DNA of 63,572 bases, filler included, from Reticulomyxa filosa (GCA_000512085.1; 14 parts of 14 records of this genome joined end to end with filler, not necessarily neighbours in it), one strand, 5' to 3'; shown: positions 1-13,056, numbered from the whole stretch's first letter. Translations and numbers: made by a program. The notes: generated from the sequence alone by a model not told the origin.

Positions 1-346
1 AAAAAAAAAATGAAAACAACAATCCGCATGCTCTGCATAATCTTCACCGCCTAATTCTCTTTTTGCATCATCATCACCTGTGTACATATTTGCACATTGC
101 TCTGCTCATGTCAACAATAATTTTGTGGTAGGGTTATGCACTTCATTGGCTATTTTGTTTTGTATTAATCAATATGATATTAGTATATCATATAGAAAAA
201 AAGGAAATAAAGAGTATATAAAACACACATTACTTAACATTAAATCTCAACAATTTGAAAAAAACGAATACTGAAATTAATTGGCAATTGACATAAAGCA
301 TTGTTCACTATTTACAGTTGATATAAATAGTTGAACGTTGCTTGTT

Positions 347-2179
347 TCACTTGTATATATTCCTACTAAAGACACGAACATGTAATACTTTATTGTAATG
401 ACTTGTAGATTCCTTGAACATATCAAATATCACAAATTTTATGCAATTGTGAAATGTATTGCACGTCCATATCTTTTGTTGTTTCGTCAATACCACACAA
501 TATTTCTTCAGCAACGATTGAAGCTCCATTTCTATTTTAATCTTTGCAGAAGCTTCAATGTTTGAGCCAATAAGTTGTCTCAATTCGACCCAATGGATGG
601 ACTCTTCCGGCATTTGAGTAACTACAAATACAGGGACGTCACTGGAAAAGGTGTAGCTTGACGACGAAGAAACCGAAGGCTGTCTGATTGCCAATATATG
701 TAAATAGCACTCCAATTGATCCAATTCCAAAAAAAAAAAATCACAGGGCTGACTACAAATTTGTCATTCGATACAAAAGAGCGAGTGTCTTACCAAATTC
801 GTTTGATTTGTGTTTCAGCAGAACACGCAGTAATTCTTTTCCTTTTGATCGACTCAATTGAAAAGCATAAATACTCTCCACCATGGTTGGATCGATCATG
901 AAACATTTGCTGTTCCAAACACTCGTCAATGTTAATCTTGGTCCAAATTTCGTTCAATCTCCAATCATCGCGTTGATCACTCTGCCTTCGGACTTGGGTT
1001 CCGACTCCATTTCCAACTTTGACTCATACTCGGACCACATAATCCAAAGACTCTTTTTTTTTTTTGGACGCGTTGTTTGTATTGGCGTTTACTTTATCCT
1101 TTGGCAAAGTCGCGGATAGCATGAGTGAATACAAACCAACGCTGTTTTATCCCTGTCCCTGTGATATCCTCCTGTGTTGATACATGCTAAGTCTTTGATG
1201 AATTTTTACACACGCAACGCACTCCATTATTTGACCATAGCTGCATATGACCGCCCAAGACATGACTCTCCCAATACAATAGTTGTTGATACACAAAATT
1301 CGCAAGACGGCCGCTCATAACATGATTATCTGCGGTGCTCTGTCTATGTTATTTGTGTTGTTTGTATCGGTTGCTCGCGTTATATTCGTCTTGTTCGCAA
1401 GTACGAGTTGATGAGTTTGTACAATGTCCGTCCTTTCCATCTTCTTCTTTTCTGATTTTCATCAATATTAAAACATTCACAGTAACAAAAGAGATGAATG
1501 AGGGCTTTCTATTGTGACAAAGTTTGTTTTGGTTACCTTTTTCTGATTGCTTTTCTTCAACAACATTACTGGAGCCTGGCTGCTGGTTGCTTGGTTGTGA
1601 TGAAATTTTGGCTGGAAGAGATGCGTTATTGTTGCTTGATTTGTTTTCAGTCACCCTGTTCAATTGTTCAATTGGAATTGGGAGGGATAGATCATGGCTC
1701 TTTGGTAATAGTGTCAGTACTAACTCTTTTTTTTTTTCCTGATGCTTTCGCAGTTGCACTTTCAGTTCTCCCTGTCCCTGCGGCGATGCCCATAATTCCT
1801 TGTTTCGCTTTGACCACAGGCATTCAACAATTTTCTCGCACCGGTATTCTTTCTCTGAACAGCTCATTAGGATGTTCAGTATTGCCACTGTTTGATCACT
1901 ACTTTTTGTAGATATGGACTCGTTGTTTTGTGGGGGGTGTAGCTGCAGGCACAGTGTCGCCAGGTGGATGCTCCCCACTTTTGTGATTCCGTGGATTTGA
2001 TTAAATAATCTCTTATTTTTGCGATCTTTTGTAGGCCCAAAAGAAATACTTGAAGTAACCGTTACTGACTTGACTATTTTCTTACTTTTCATGTTCTCTG
2101 TTGCTTGCTTTTGCTCGGCTCTAGAAGCATTAGTAGATGGGTCAGACGTAGTTGGTTGTCCAAAAAATGGAATACGCAA
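347..2179 (-). pseudogene. Degenerate or fragmented gene of unknown function (276-aa ORF plus disrupted downstream frames)
   Basis: ORF 1349-2179 has protein-like composition. Downstream minus-strand segments (about 790-1340 and 347-730) read as protein but are interrupted by stops and frame changes. No family recognised. Confidence 0.3.
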
Positions 2180-2399
2180 AGTTATGAACAGCTTTCATGG
2201 CCACGATAGCATCGATAAAATATTTATCTTGATTTTTTTTTTTTTTTGATTAATGGCCTTTACTGTTTGTAATTGTGATGGCAAATGATCAGGCTCGGCT
2301 TTAATTATTATGAAACATGCAGCTATGAATTATGTGTTTATATTTGAAGCATATATTTTTTGATAACGATTTGCTCGATCGAAAAGTCAAGAGATGAAT

Positions 2400-5030
2400 A
2401 GATTGCTAACCAAAGGCAAGCAATCGTCCCCAGTACCACGAATAGCGGCAAATAACATTTCACGACAATCCGAAATTCGCTTTTCAATATCAAATAGAGT
2501 AATTGCTCCATTGATTATTTTAAAATTCACTGATTACCATAACCATGTTCAATTCGCTTATTTTAAGTAATTTCACAGACTTTTTTCCCAAAAATTCCTT
2601 GAATGAAGACAATTTGGAAGATAGTTGTTGCGTTTATTGTTGGGATTTGTAATCTTCCACCGGACAATGTTTCCAAATCTGTCAAATGCAAGCTGCTGTG
2701 TCAACAAGCAATTGAAACGCTTCAAACAAAGGAATAAAAAAAAAAAAAGCAATCACAAACATGTCAATAATATCTTGGAGGACAGGATTATGCGCTATTT
2801 CCAAAATCAGGTATTGCTCCACCAAATTTGTGCTCGAAATCGACTTTTGCAATTCATGTGGGTGATCATTGTACTTCGGGACTTACTTGTACTAATTATT
2901 TCGTTTTTATGATTTTTTTTTCCAAACAAAACAGATATTCATATACATATATACACATATACATATTTAAAAAATATATATACAAGTGTGTATGCAGATA
3001 TAAAATGATGTGATCTATAGTTTTTTATGTTTGTAGTCTAGAATGAAAATTCACACCATTTATAGGTTGACCCAATAACAAATCAATCTTTTTCCCAATC
3101 ACACACTTTTGTGGATAGTACGAAGTTGGCCATTTGCAATTCGTTGCAACTGCTCTTGCATCGAAGGGAACGTCTGCTTGCCGAATTTCAATATTTCACG
3201 ACTTGTAAGTTTTCATGTGCTTCTGTGCTCGCACTTTCAAATCTTTCATTGTTTGGCAATAATTCTATTCTCACAATCATATCATTTGTTTGCTTTGTTT
3301 TGTTTTTTTTCATTGCTTTTGCTATTTGGTTTAGTCACTAATGTATATATGTGCAAACACACAACACACAAACATGTTGGTATTTGTCCACAATCTGATC
3401 AAAGATACTATCCAATATTGTCGTTGTCAATCTATGTTGTTTAATCTGTGCGCGAGAGTCGTGAAGAAGCATCATTTGTTGTAGATTCAGCTGGCCTTTT
3501 TTTTCAGACAAACAAATCAACAGAACTCTCATGCATAGTTTATATCTATGTTTACGTCATTGATTTTTTCTTCAAACAAACAAAATATATACATACATAT
3601 ATATTTATATATGTGTATAAGATAAGATATTTGCGATACTAAGGAATATACACAAACATGAAAGAATACAAAGAATCTTCAGTGAATAAAATGATAGGTA
3701 AGGTCTTGCATTCATTCAAGGACAATAAAAGCATGCAAGTTGATTTTGCGATTTCTTCTGCCAGCTCTTCGGACTTGTGCTGTTGAGTCAAGTCTTCGGT
3801 GTTGAAATCGAGCAGCGATCTGTCGGCAAAGAGATGGAGATCCAAGTACAAAAAGGCTTATTATTGGACGGACTAGATTGGATGTTTTAACGTGTATATA
3901 TTTTCAAAATCTTTTTGATATTTAACCAATGGTATTCCTCTTTTTATTTGCTAATTCACTACATACTATTGGACGGGACTGTTCTCGCAAGATATCTGTT
4001 TCCATAGAAATCAATTCTAATTGAGCCCATTTGATGTGAAGTCGCTCATCAGGCAAGGCAGTAATTACTTCGATATTTTTGCATATCTTTTTCTTCAATT
4101 GTGATTTCACCACTTACGCCGTCTGCGACTTAACGTGGAAAATAAAACAAAAACAACAAATTAATTCAAATTATTTAGAGAGAAAGACAAAAATAGTCAA
4201 CGTATCTTTAACTTTAACCTTCTTTCAAATGTATTCAAATCAATTACAACAGCCATTTCCTTTCAATCTTACTTGACCAATGACAACAGTTCTTTTACTC
4301 CAAAAAAACAATCCAGCTATCAATCAAATTGCAGTGATATCTTCCACCAAGTTAACACGAAAGCCATATCAATTGTACCTTGGACATATTTTTGTGCATC
4401 TTTGGTGTGTCAATATCGGAAGTCAAACACAGCATAATTATATTAATACACGTAAAAGGAAGTAACAAATATTGGATCGAATTATGCGCATTGACGAGTT
4501 GAAGTGAATCGAGTAAAGTTAGTGCGTTCCTTTTCTTCTTCATTTAATACAATATTCTTCTTTCTCATCACAAACTTACAACTAAATGATCCATGCTCAC
4601 ATTGTTTTGGATAATATATTTCACAACAACTGAAGATGATAAAAATAACATATACTCCAGATAAAGTTGCTGTCCTTCTTGCTTGTTGAAATTTGTTACT
4701 TCTTTAATTATTCTGGTGTTGGTGATATGCATTTTCTGTCTTGAATTCGGGTAATGGTGGAATTGCCATTATTCATTCCAGTACATACTTGCTCCAATTC
4801 ACTCGACGATGATATTTTTTCTCTTTTTGCTTGCCAGATTTGCTTTATCCATCTCAACACTTTCGCCGCATCGAACCATTTGTCGTATGATGCTTCCACA
4901 TACACTCGAATGCATTGCCAAGCTTCTGATTCTATAACATTCAACCACACGATATCACATAAATTTTTTAAACAAACACACAAAGAGAAAAACTTACTTA
5001 CCCATATTGTTATCCCGCGTGGGACATAAC
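2400..5030 (-). pseudogene. Multi-exon degenerate gene of unknown function
   Basis: Short helical-looking minus-strand coding pieces (3338-3532, 3639-3851, 3922-4113, 4708-5030) alternate with AT-rich or (TA/CA)n intron-like spacers; in-frame stops present. Confidence 0.25.
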
Positions 5031-5039
5031 CACTTTCAA

Positions 5040-5325
5040 ATATAATTTTTTTCTTTATTAATCTTTTTATTTTAATTTCTTTATTATTCTTTTTCATTAT
5101 TTTTTCCCTAAAAAATGTTAACTTTTTAAATTTTTTCTATCACTTTTTTCTTTTTTTCTTTCTTTCTTTTTTCCATTTTTCAATTTTCCCTTTTTCTTTT
5201 TATTATATCTTTTTTTTCTTATTACTACCTTTTTTTTCTTCCCCTTTTTTTTTCTTTTATTATTACATTTTCTTTTTTCCCTCCCCCTTATTCTTAATTT
5301 CCCCCTTTTCCAACTCCCCTTTCAT
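5040..5325. repeat. Low-complexity T/C-rich tract (about 290 bp)
   Basis: Strongly T/C-dominated on the + strand with almost no G; could be intronic or low-quality sequence. Confidence 0.7.
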
Positions 5326-7084
5326 AGATAACTACTGCCACTTCGTTGCCTGACCTATAAAGACACTAACAACACTTTATTTTTAGGGAGGGGGACAAAT
5401 AAATAAATAAGTATACATATATTTTTTTTCTTTGAAGGGGGAATCCTATTCAATCACATAAACACATCAACAATACATAATAAAAGAATATCTATGTATA
5501 TAAACAAATATAAAAACACATACTATTTTTCCTCATTGAGGATACGGGGGTAGATTTCAACCCGATTTTTCTTTTTTTTCTTTTGTGTGAAAGAGAAGGG
5601 ACGGATAATCGTAACGAGCATTGCGGACAGGGGAACCTATGTTACAAAACACACAACACTGAAACATATTTAAAAAAAAAAGACAAATAAAACAAACCTT
5701 TATTTCTCCTTTCGGAGACGGGGTGGTTTCTACCCCGTATTCTTTTTTTCTTTTTATCACAACTGGTCCTATGTAAACAACACAATATATTTTTACAAGT
5801 TGAACATAAATTTAAAACACAATAGATTACCTTCATCGATGTTTCGCAAGCGCATTTGCCCATCTCGCACTTCGCCACACATCATCACACAGCATCACGT
5901 TGAAATAATGTTTTTCATTATTTGCTGTCCATCCGCTTACTCTAACCATTTGCGCCATTGATGTTCCTTTATTTGCTATATACAAGTAATAACAAAAACA
6001 TATCTTTATATTATTATTATTACAACAACAAAAATAAAAAATAAAATAACTTTACAAGACGACATGGGTCACATTTTAATGTGGAAGATGCTATTAGTTT
6101 GTTCGGCACATATCAGCGAAGTTCTCCATAAATAGCTTGCAATGTTGTTAATATTTGGCAGGAACGTGGTCAATGTGTTGATATATGCGAGTGGTCAATG
6201 CGAGTTGTTGTTTAATGATGGCATAGTTTGATGTGATAGCATAAACGCTGTTGGATAGACCATGCCTCGTGGAAAGTAGCTCTGTTGCACAAAAAAAGGG
6301 TTGACATCACCACTGACTTGCAATTCGATTGCTCGTCAGTTGTGTTGTTGCAAACACCATCCTTTGCGCTAACAGCGCTACTACCACATAAGGCAGGTGC
6401 TGATCCATGTAATGACCAAATTTCCATCAAAATGTGCATCAATAATTGTGGCTGATTGGGCCATGTGTCAAAGTCGTCCATGCTCCTTTTTTGCGCAACA
6501 TCGTACGACCTGTACAAATTTTTTTTGTTTTTTAAAAAAAAAAGTAATAAAAAAAAAAGAACATAACATTGGAATATCGAACATACTTGAAAAATTTTGC
6601 TCGCCAATTGGTTTGTGATTTGGTGAATGAGACTTGTTGGTGCAGCAAAGTTGCGCGTGTTGATAATAATGGCTTGGACTGGCACATTGAACTTTGAATA
6701 GATTTGGACTTGTTTGTAGATTGACAGTTGTAAATACAGAATTGCTGCTATTGTATATGTTATTGATATCCAAATTCAGCGTTCGCGCCATCGTGGTACT
6801 GGAGCAATCTATCATAAGATATACATTAAATGTTATTTGCGCTATTGGATGTCCAAACCATTTGCACATTTTCGACTGTGGTGATCTTATAATCACTATT
6901 ACATCCACATCTACTTCAATACTTGCACATACACTATGTTAATTTTTTTAAAAAAATCCATTTTTGAATCAAATCAATCATACACACAATCTATCTTCCC
7001 CCTTACTTTCTCTTGATATACGTAAACCTCCCTTTTTTTTTCATGAACATTTTTTTTTTTATTAGATCTTTTTGTCCATGCTGT

Positions 7085-7486
7085 TTACCTGTATTTTAGT
7101 GCAAAGTATGTCGATGATATTCTTGAAGTTGTGAAAATATCCATGGCCTGCGCTTTGGTGTAAATATTCTTCTTGGACTGTATTGTGATCATTAACGTGC
7201 TTTTGATAATACGTATACTTATGTTTTTCAATTGCACCGACATTTCTGTTACGCTGTTAAAGCCTTGTGAACATTGCACGCATTTCCACATTTGGCTAAC
7301 AGAGTGGTTGGTCAATTCATTCGATGATATCATTAATGTACCCAAGTCGTCTTGGTTATTTGAATATATTGGGCCATTTGAGTTTGAGTTTTCTTTGGCC
7401 ACGTTGCTAGCACTTGATATCACCAGAACTGCAGTTAAGACTTGCAGTATTATCAATATAACTTCATATACCAACGATGGATTCAT
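7085..7486 (-). CDS. First exon of a putative secreted or membrane protein (downstream exons about 5830-6910 look degenerate)
   Basis: MNPSLVYEVILIILQVLTAVLVISSA is a hydrophobic signal-peptide-like start; the frame ends at a CAG|GTAAAC donor near 7089. Confidence 0.35.
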   Translation of the reverse strand: MNPSLVYEVILIILQVLTAVLVISSASNVAKENSNSNGPIYSNNQDDLGTLMISSNELTNHSVSQMWKCVQCSQGFNSVTEMSVQLKNISIRIIKSTLMITIQSKKNIYTKAQAMDIFTTSRISSTYFALKYR

Positions 7487-7658
7487 TTTGCAGCCGAAGT
7501 AACTAAGCTTTGCACGCAATCTTTTCTCCTCCGCTTGCCCCCTTTCTTACCAGGTACACTGAAATGGAAGGACATCAAATGAGCAATAAAGCCATTTTAA
7601 GAGAAAAACAAAAAAATATTGTGGCAAGCGAATACATTTATAAAGTGTTAAATGGATG

Positions 7659-8102
7659 TCATACGACGTGTAGAAATACCGAGTTTATTGATGAAGGACA
7701 GTACAAAAAAATCTTAGCTAGAGCAGAAATAAGTGCAAATATGCATCCATTAAATAAAAAGAGTGCCAGAAAAATGAATGTGTTGTCAACAACAATCCTT
7801 TTAGAAATGAAACCCCTAAGCAGATAGTTTATCATTTGTAAGTAATTCATTAATCTAAATTCTTTTTTTTTGCCAACAAATTTGAGATAGCAAAAGCCAG
7901 ATTTTTTGAAACAGTTAAAAGCACTGTCATTGCTAGTGACAATTAATACGTACACACACGCAACAAACGCACCAAAGTATTGCACTGCTTTTCGAATCAT
8001 TTGTGATGACAAACCCTTCCCACGATACTCGGGCGCACAATATACAGCAAAGATCCACCCAACATTGTGATCAGTTTCATTGCAAAATTCCATTTGTGGT
8101 GA
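7659..8102 (-). CDS. GNAT-family N-acetyltransferase (5' truncated by contig end)
   Basis: Acetyl-CoA-binding motif A WIFAVYCAPEYRGKGLSSQMI and motif B NDSAFNCFKKSGF. The 3' end is uncertain. Confidence 0.8.
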   Translation of the reverse strand, partial: SPQMEFCNETDHNVGWIFAVYCAPEYRGKGLSSQMIRKAVQYFGAFVACVYVLIVTSNDSAFNCFKKSGFCYLKFVGKKKEFRLMNYLQMINYLLRGFISKRIVVDNTFIFLALFLFNGCIFALISALAKIFLYCPSSINSVFLHVV

Positions 8103-8202
8103 NNNNNNNNNNNNNNNNNNNNNNNNNNNNNNNNNNNNNNNNNNNNTTAATTAATTAANNNNNNNNNNNNNNNNNNNNNNNNNNNNNNNNNNNNNNNNNN
8201 NN
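8103..8202. other. Artificial contig linker (44N + TTAATTAATTAA + 44N); 13 copies in the window
   Basis: Identical 100-nt linker with six-frame stops also at 12957-13056, 15397-15496, 25987-26086, 31358-31457, 34898-34997, 40234-40333, 43201-43300, 46959-47058, 56328-56427, 57996-58095, 59734-59833 and 61405-61504. Adjacency across linkers carries no biological meaning. Confidence 0.99.
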
Positions 8203-8439
8203 TTACAACGCAAGTAAAGAAAACAAGTAAAACAAGAGGAAAGTGATTAGTGCTAAGAAGAGGGTTTTAACCCACTTGGTGTCCCACCGTTCCGTTAGTA
8301 TTTAAGGAGGTAATGTAGTGACTTTCCCTACACTGGTAAGAAGTGAGAAAGGGAAAAGTTGAAATTTAGCAAAAAAAAACTCTTTTGTTCTTATTGTCGC
8401 TACAATCAAAGAGCGCTTGATAATAAAACAAGCAATAAA

Positions 8440-9415
8440 ATGACCGAAAAACAAGCAGATAAACCAACCTCGGAGTATCATTATTTCCCATTTAACATAC
8501 GCTTGCAACAAAAACACAAAGCGACAGTAAACGCAGGAGCAAAAAGATGGGGCAACCGAGGTATCGCAGTAGGTTTGAAATGGAGAAAAGGCTATCCAGC
8601 CACTCGTATTGGCAGACATTCGGGTCGCTATTTTGTCGCGGGCAACAAAGAGAAAAAGCCATATCACAAATACCTCAAACGTCTACAAACAAAAATGGAA
8701 CGACACAGGGTTAAGTTTTGCAGTCATTAAAAACACACAAAAAGTGAGCAAGTCACTAAATTAAATAAATTGCAACACTGCTAAATATGCTGCGAATTTT
8801 CGCAGTGGAGACAAATTTTTTTATAATAAAAAAAGACAAAGAAAAAAATGGAAGCCATAGAATAAAAGGGGGAGGTAAAGAGAATAAAATTAAAACAAAA
8901 AAAAAGGGGGATGATATCGTTATCATTTGGACGGCATAATTGACAATTTTTATTGTTGTTTGTGTATATCAATTAACCAAGAAAACAGTAAAAGTGAATA
9001 AAATAAAATAACACAACACACAGCAAACCTTGAAAAAAAAAAACTACGTGAAACCAGGCCGTAAATTTGTATCTCAGATTATCCATGAAACAGTGGGATT
9101 TGCTCCTTATGAGAAAAGAATCATGGAATTAATTCGATTAGACAAAGCCAAGAAAGCGCTCAAATTGGCTAAGAAAAGAGTTTCGATTTTGTTTTTTTTT
9201 TGTTCGTTGTTCCATAGCAAACAAGTGTGAAAGAAATTAAAGAGAAATGGTCTTCAATGTTTGGAAATTTTGAACAGTTGGGAACACATAAACGAGCCAA
9301 AAAGAAAACTGCTGCCTTGAATGAATATCTCTCTGAACAAGCACGATTGGAGGCTTTGAGGAAAACCCAACAAAAAGTCACTGGTGCTACCACTGCGCAA
9401 AAGGAATCATCATGA
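8440..9415 (+). CDS. RPL36: 60S ribosomal protein eL36 (RPL36), 3 exons: 8440-8709, 9024-9179, 9278-9415 (187 aa)
   Basis: [22 protein letters not shown]...[10 protein letters not shown]|[10 protein letters not shown] signature; both GT-AG introns are phase 0 and give a continuous frame. Confidence 0.93.
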
Positions 9416-9899
9416 GTCTTTTTTTCTCCTTTCATTGATAGGAGTTTTATTCGAATAAGAAACATAAAATGAATTTGGTCGTTTGTCCACCTTTCCGGTT
9501 TCTGCTTTAGCAGATTACAAGGTAAATTTGTACCTTGCCGCTCTTGAATTTATGTGCGATTTGAAAATAATCTTGTAATGACCTTTATCATCCTCAAAAA
9601 TATAACTTTTTAGTCTATTAAAAAGAAAAAATTCGCAAAGGTAATAGTACTGGATTGTTTAAAAGGCTATGATAATTGATTTTTCAATTATCAAGATTTC
9701 TTTAAATGAAAATGTCAACTATTTACCTGAGGATCATTTCTTTGTCAGTTTTGGTTCAAGGAATTAAACTGGTCAAACTACAGTATCCACAGCTATTTTG
9801 TTGATTTACAAATTCTTTTTGTAGAGCCAAGTTCAGGATTAAAGAGGACTGTCTAAGAATATAACAGCAAAAAAAATCAATTTTGATACCATTTTCATC

Positions 9900-10930
9900 G
9901 GTTCTTTGTGGAAGCACACGCTTCAATATCTTTTCCATTTGGTTTGTATAAAATTTGTCATCCTCAAATGTGGATTTTGCACCATAACGACTTGACAATT
10001 ACACAGCTGTTGAATAAAAAGTCAATCCCTGTTATCAATGCTGATGTTCTGTCAACCTCTGTATTTCACATCCTGCTTTCAAGTCCACCATTGAATTGTT
10101 TTGTCCCATGAGCATAATATGATCGTTTGTCCGTCTGGAAAATATTTTAAACACCAGAATGCCCTTCTAACTTTTTAAATTCTTTTCCTGTGCACGTTCC
10201 ATATCGAATCGTTGAACAAGATACAATAAATTGTCATTTGGGAAAAATTTGTACACGCCACAATATTAAAATCTATTAATATTTTCACTTTTTTATCTGA
10301 TTTTACATTCCATAAACCAACGTTTTGTCTTCAGATACCGATACAAGCATTTGGCCATCTGGTGAAAATTGTACTGTTTATAGCCAATGGAAGTGACAAA
10401 TCAATACTCGTATGCTTCCCTAAATTCACATCCAAATCATTGTGTTATCTGAAGAACTTGATGCAGTTTATCATCTGGAGAGAAAATCACACTACATACT
10501 TAACTTAAATTTTCTTTCAGTTTGATCACCTCTTTTCCTGAATTCACATCCCATGATCGAATTGTTTTGTCTGCTGGGCGTGATACAACAGTGTATTATC
10601 TGGTAAACATTCTGCAGCACGAACAGATTCAGAATGTCCTTGGAAGGTTTAGATCTGCTTTCCAGTTTCGAAATTCTACGTCCGAATTATTTTATCATGT
10701 GACGCTGGAACAATTTTGTGTCTATCTTGACGATTTTACACCTACTATTGTGTCATTTTCTTGAAAAATTCCAACAATTGAAAATTTTTGAACTGTAGTT
10801 TTAATATTGAACAACAAACAGAACTTCCCGTTTTATACAAACTCAGAAATCCGTTCTGATTTCAAATTCATGTCCAAATCCAATATTGAATAATTGTATT
10901 GTCTTTTTTTCTGTCTGGTTTTTATTAAAT
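9900..10930 (-). pseudogene. WD40-repeat pseudogene (FSPDG type) with degenerate N-terminal module
   Basis: Minus-strand remnants such as VQFSPDGQMLVSVSEDKT, WDVNSGKEVIKL and LEGHSGV, broken by many frameshifts; degenerate QYWIWT* motif near 10860-10900. Confidence 0.75.
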
Positions 10931-11406
10931 ATTTCGTGTAACAAAGTTGTTTTGTTACAATAATAAATGAAAAGGAAAACTTACTGACAATGGCATTTCG
11001 TCCTCTTTTTCGCTAGTAATGTATTCATTTTTGGTGATTTAGTTCGTACAAAGCAAATGATAGATCAATATTAAATTATTTAAAGTTAATATTGTTAATA
11101 TTCTGCTGAAAACACTATGATATTTAGTCCGTAAAAAAAGTAAATAAAATGCTCTATTTCTTGGGATATTTGGCAATTATCGATAGTTATTGCCGGCCTC
11201 CTTATGCATTTTTGGTGGGACCCCAAACAAAAAAAACTATGTGAACTATATCTTTCAAATGAATCTAAAAAAATGATAGATTTAGTATGGAATAAAGTGT
11301 AGAGGTAAAGGTATTGTATGAAAGGTAATGTAAATGATAATGCTTACACAACCAAACAATTAATTAAATGAAAATGCAAATTTCGAAAGAAAAGTAGAAG
11401 ATGGAA

Positions 11407-11799
11407 TTAAACAGTAGTTGGCGGTTTTTGGTCCATGACAACATACAATCCATCCATATTCAAGAAAAACACAACTCGGTTTTTTTTTTTGGTGCCGATA
11501 ACTATCAATTTGAATTCTTGTTCTTCCTCTTCATTTTCTTGTGAATTATCATCCGGTTCTTCATTATCTTGCTTATTTGAATCTGCATCCTCATCTCTGT
11601 TTGGACGAGAAGGAAAATCTTGTCGGACATTGCTTAACAAGTTTTTTGTTTTTGAAATGAGGTCATTGATTTTTACTGCATGTTTTGATCGTAATGTCCC
11701 TGTGCAACCAATGCAAAGTCCTGATTCTTCCAATACCAACAACCCTTGTGCACTATCAGTTTTCTTCAAAAATGCATCTAATCCTGGTTTAAAGTCCAT
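11407..11799 (-). CDS. LAMTOR5: Ragulator subunit LAMTOR5/HBXIP-like roadblock protein with an acidic insertion
   Basis: GLLVLEESGLCIGCTGTLRSKHA resembles human LAMTOR5 [23 protein letters not shown] (from memory); C-terminal MDGLYVVM matches HDGITVAV; intronless 130-aa ORF. Confidence 0.7.
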   Translation of the reverse strand: MDFKPGLDAFLKKTDSAQGLLVLEESGLCIGCTGTLRSKHAVKINDLISKTKNLLSNVRQDFPSRPNRDEDADSNKQDNEEPDDNSQENEEEEQEFKLIVIGTKKKNRVVFFLNMDGLYVVMDQKPPTTV

Positions 11800-12108
11800 T
11801 TCTTTTTTTTTTTGGAGGAGCCCTTTTTTTTAATGTTTTCTTGGGTGTGCAGATTTCAATACTGTAGATAAGGGGATGAAATAAAGCTAAGGTCACCTGA
11901 AGTTTTCAATTAAAGGGAACAAATTATCGTCTAACTCCAAATGAAATTTTGCCGTTGAAAGTTTTTCATTGTTTTTTGTGGAAGTTTGAAAAACCTTAAT
12001 TATAACTTTGAAGAATATTGAATTCGTAAAAGTCAATATAAAAAATCGGCAAAAAGAAAAGTGAAGAGAAAGACAAGTGCATTATAAAAATTGTTAAGAG
12101 TGTGAAGG

Positions 12109-12940
12109 CTAAACGGGGTGAATACTATCATACAAAACAGCAGAAGGAAGTTTTAAATAGAACTCGTATTCTTCCTTTTTGAGCTGATCGGTATCTTTGT
12201 CATTTTGAAATAAGGAAGAATAGTCCAAATGAATATGTTGGCTATGTAACCGAACAAAGGCCTCAAAGTCCAAATCAGTGATTCGAACCTTGGTTTCATC
12301 AAAATCTCGTAGCAAGAAAGACGAGCACACGGAAGTGCGAACAGAACAATTTAGAGTGTCATGCGGTGCATGTTTGGGTTTTAGAGTCTGCTGAAACATG
12401 CGAGTGCCTTTGTACTCACTGTCGTGAGAAGCAAAGCTCGAGGCAACCTGTTCAACAATGACAGGATGTGTTGACATGACATTGTCTGCCAAGGCATTGC
12501 TATTTAAAAACTGATCCAACAAAAGTCGGAGTGGCTCTTTGTTGCCGCGAACATTCATAGGCAGAGCCAAGTTATGTTGTTGTTTCCGATCGGCATCGAA
12601 GAATGTGTCTGGCTCTCCATAAGGAAAATGAAAATAGTCACTATTGTTCTGGTTGCGTACGACTCCCGACATCCGACTCTTTTCCACAGACGTCGCTTTT
12701 TGCGTCCCACCGTCATTGCCACTTATGTTATTCTTGTTATTGCCGTTGCTGCTGCTGCTGCTGCTGCTGCTGTTGTTGTTGTTGCTGTCTCTGGTGATAT
12801 TTCCCATCAACGCGTCCCATATATCTCCAAACCATCTCCTTTGCGACGTGATGGGCTGGCCTCGATTGCCATCCGAATGATCTCTACTTAATACTGGAAC
12901 TAATGCCTTATCGACAGCATCTGATTGACGTGCGATCAAT
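12109..12940 (-). CDS. Hypothetical protein, C-terminal exon (5' truncated), with Asn/Ser homopolymer
   Basis: 276-aa GC-richer ORF with protein-like composition, running to the contig end. Confidence 0.55.
12745..12790. repeat. (GCT)n/(GTT)n trinucleotide microsatellite encoding [13 protein letters not shown]
   Basis: Directly visible; it explains the poly-Cys, poly-Leu and poly-Ala shadow ORFs. Confidence 0.9.
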
Positions 12941-13056
12941 AGCTATTTTCCCCCCCNNNNNNNNNNNNNNNNNNNNNNNNNNNNNNNNNNNNNNNNNNNN
13001 TTAATTAATTAANNNNNNNNNNNNNNNNNNNNNNNNNNNNNNNNNNNNNNNNNNNN

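Noticed and set aside
8147-8158. Recurrent TTAATTAATTAA motif
   Set aside because: Artificial linker between contigs; ORFs ending in XXXLIN are artefacts.
12574-12891. Poly-Cys, poly-Leu and poly-Ala ORFs on the + strand (also 25594-25941 and 27807-28070)
   Set aside because: Antisense readings of trinucleotide repeats within minus-strand genes.
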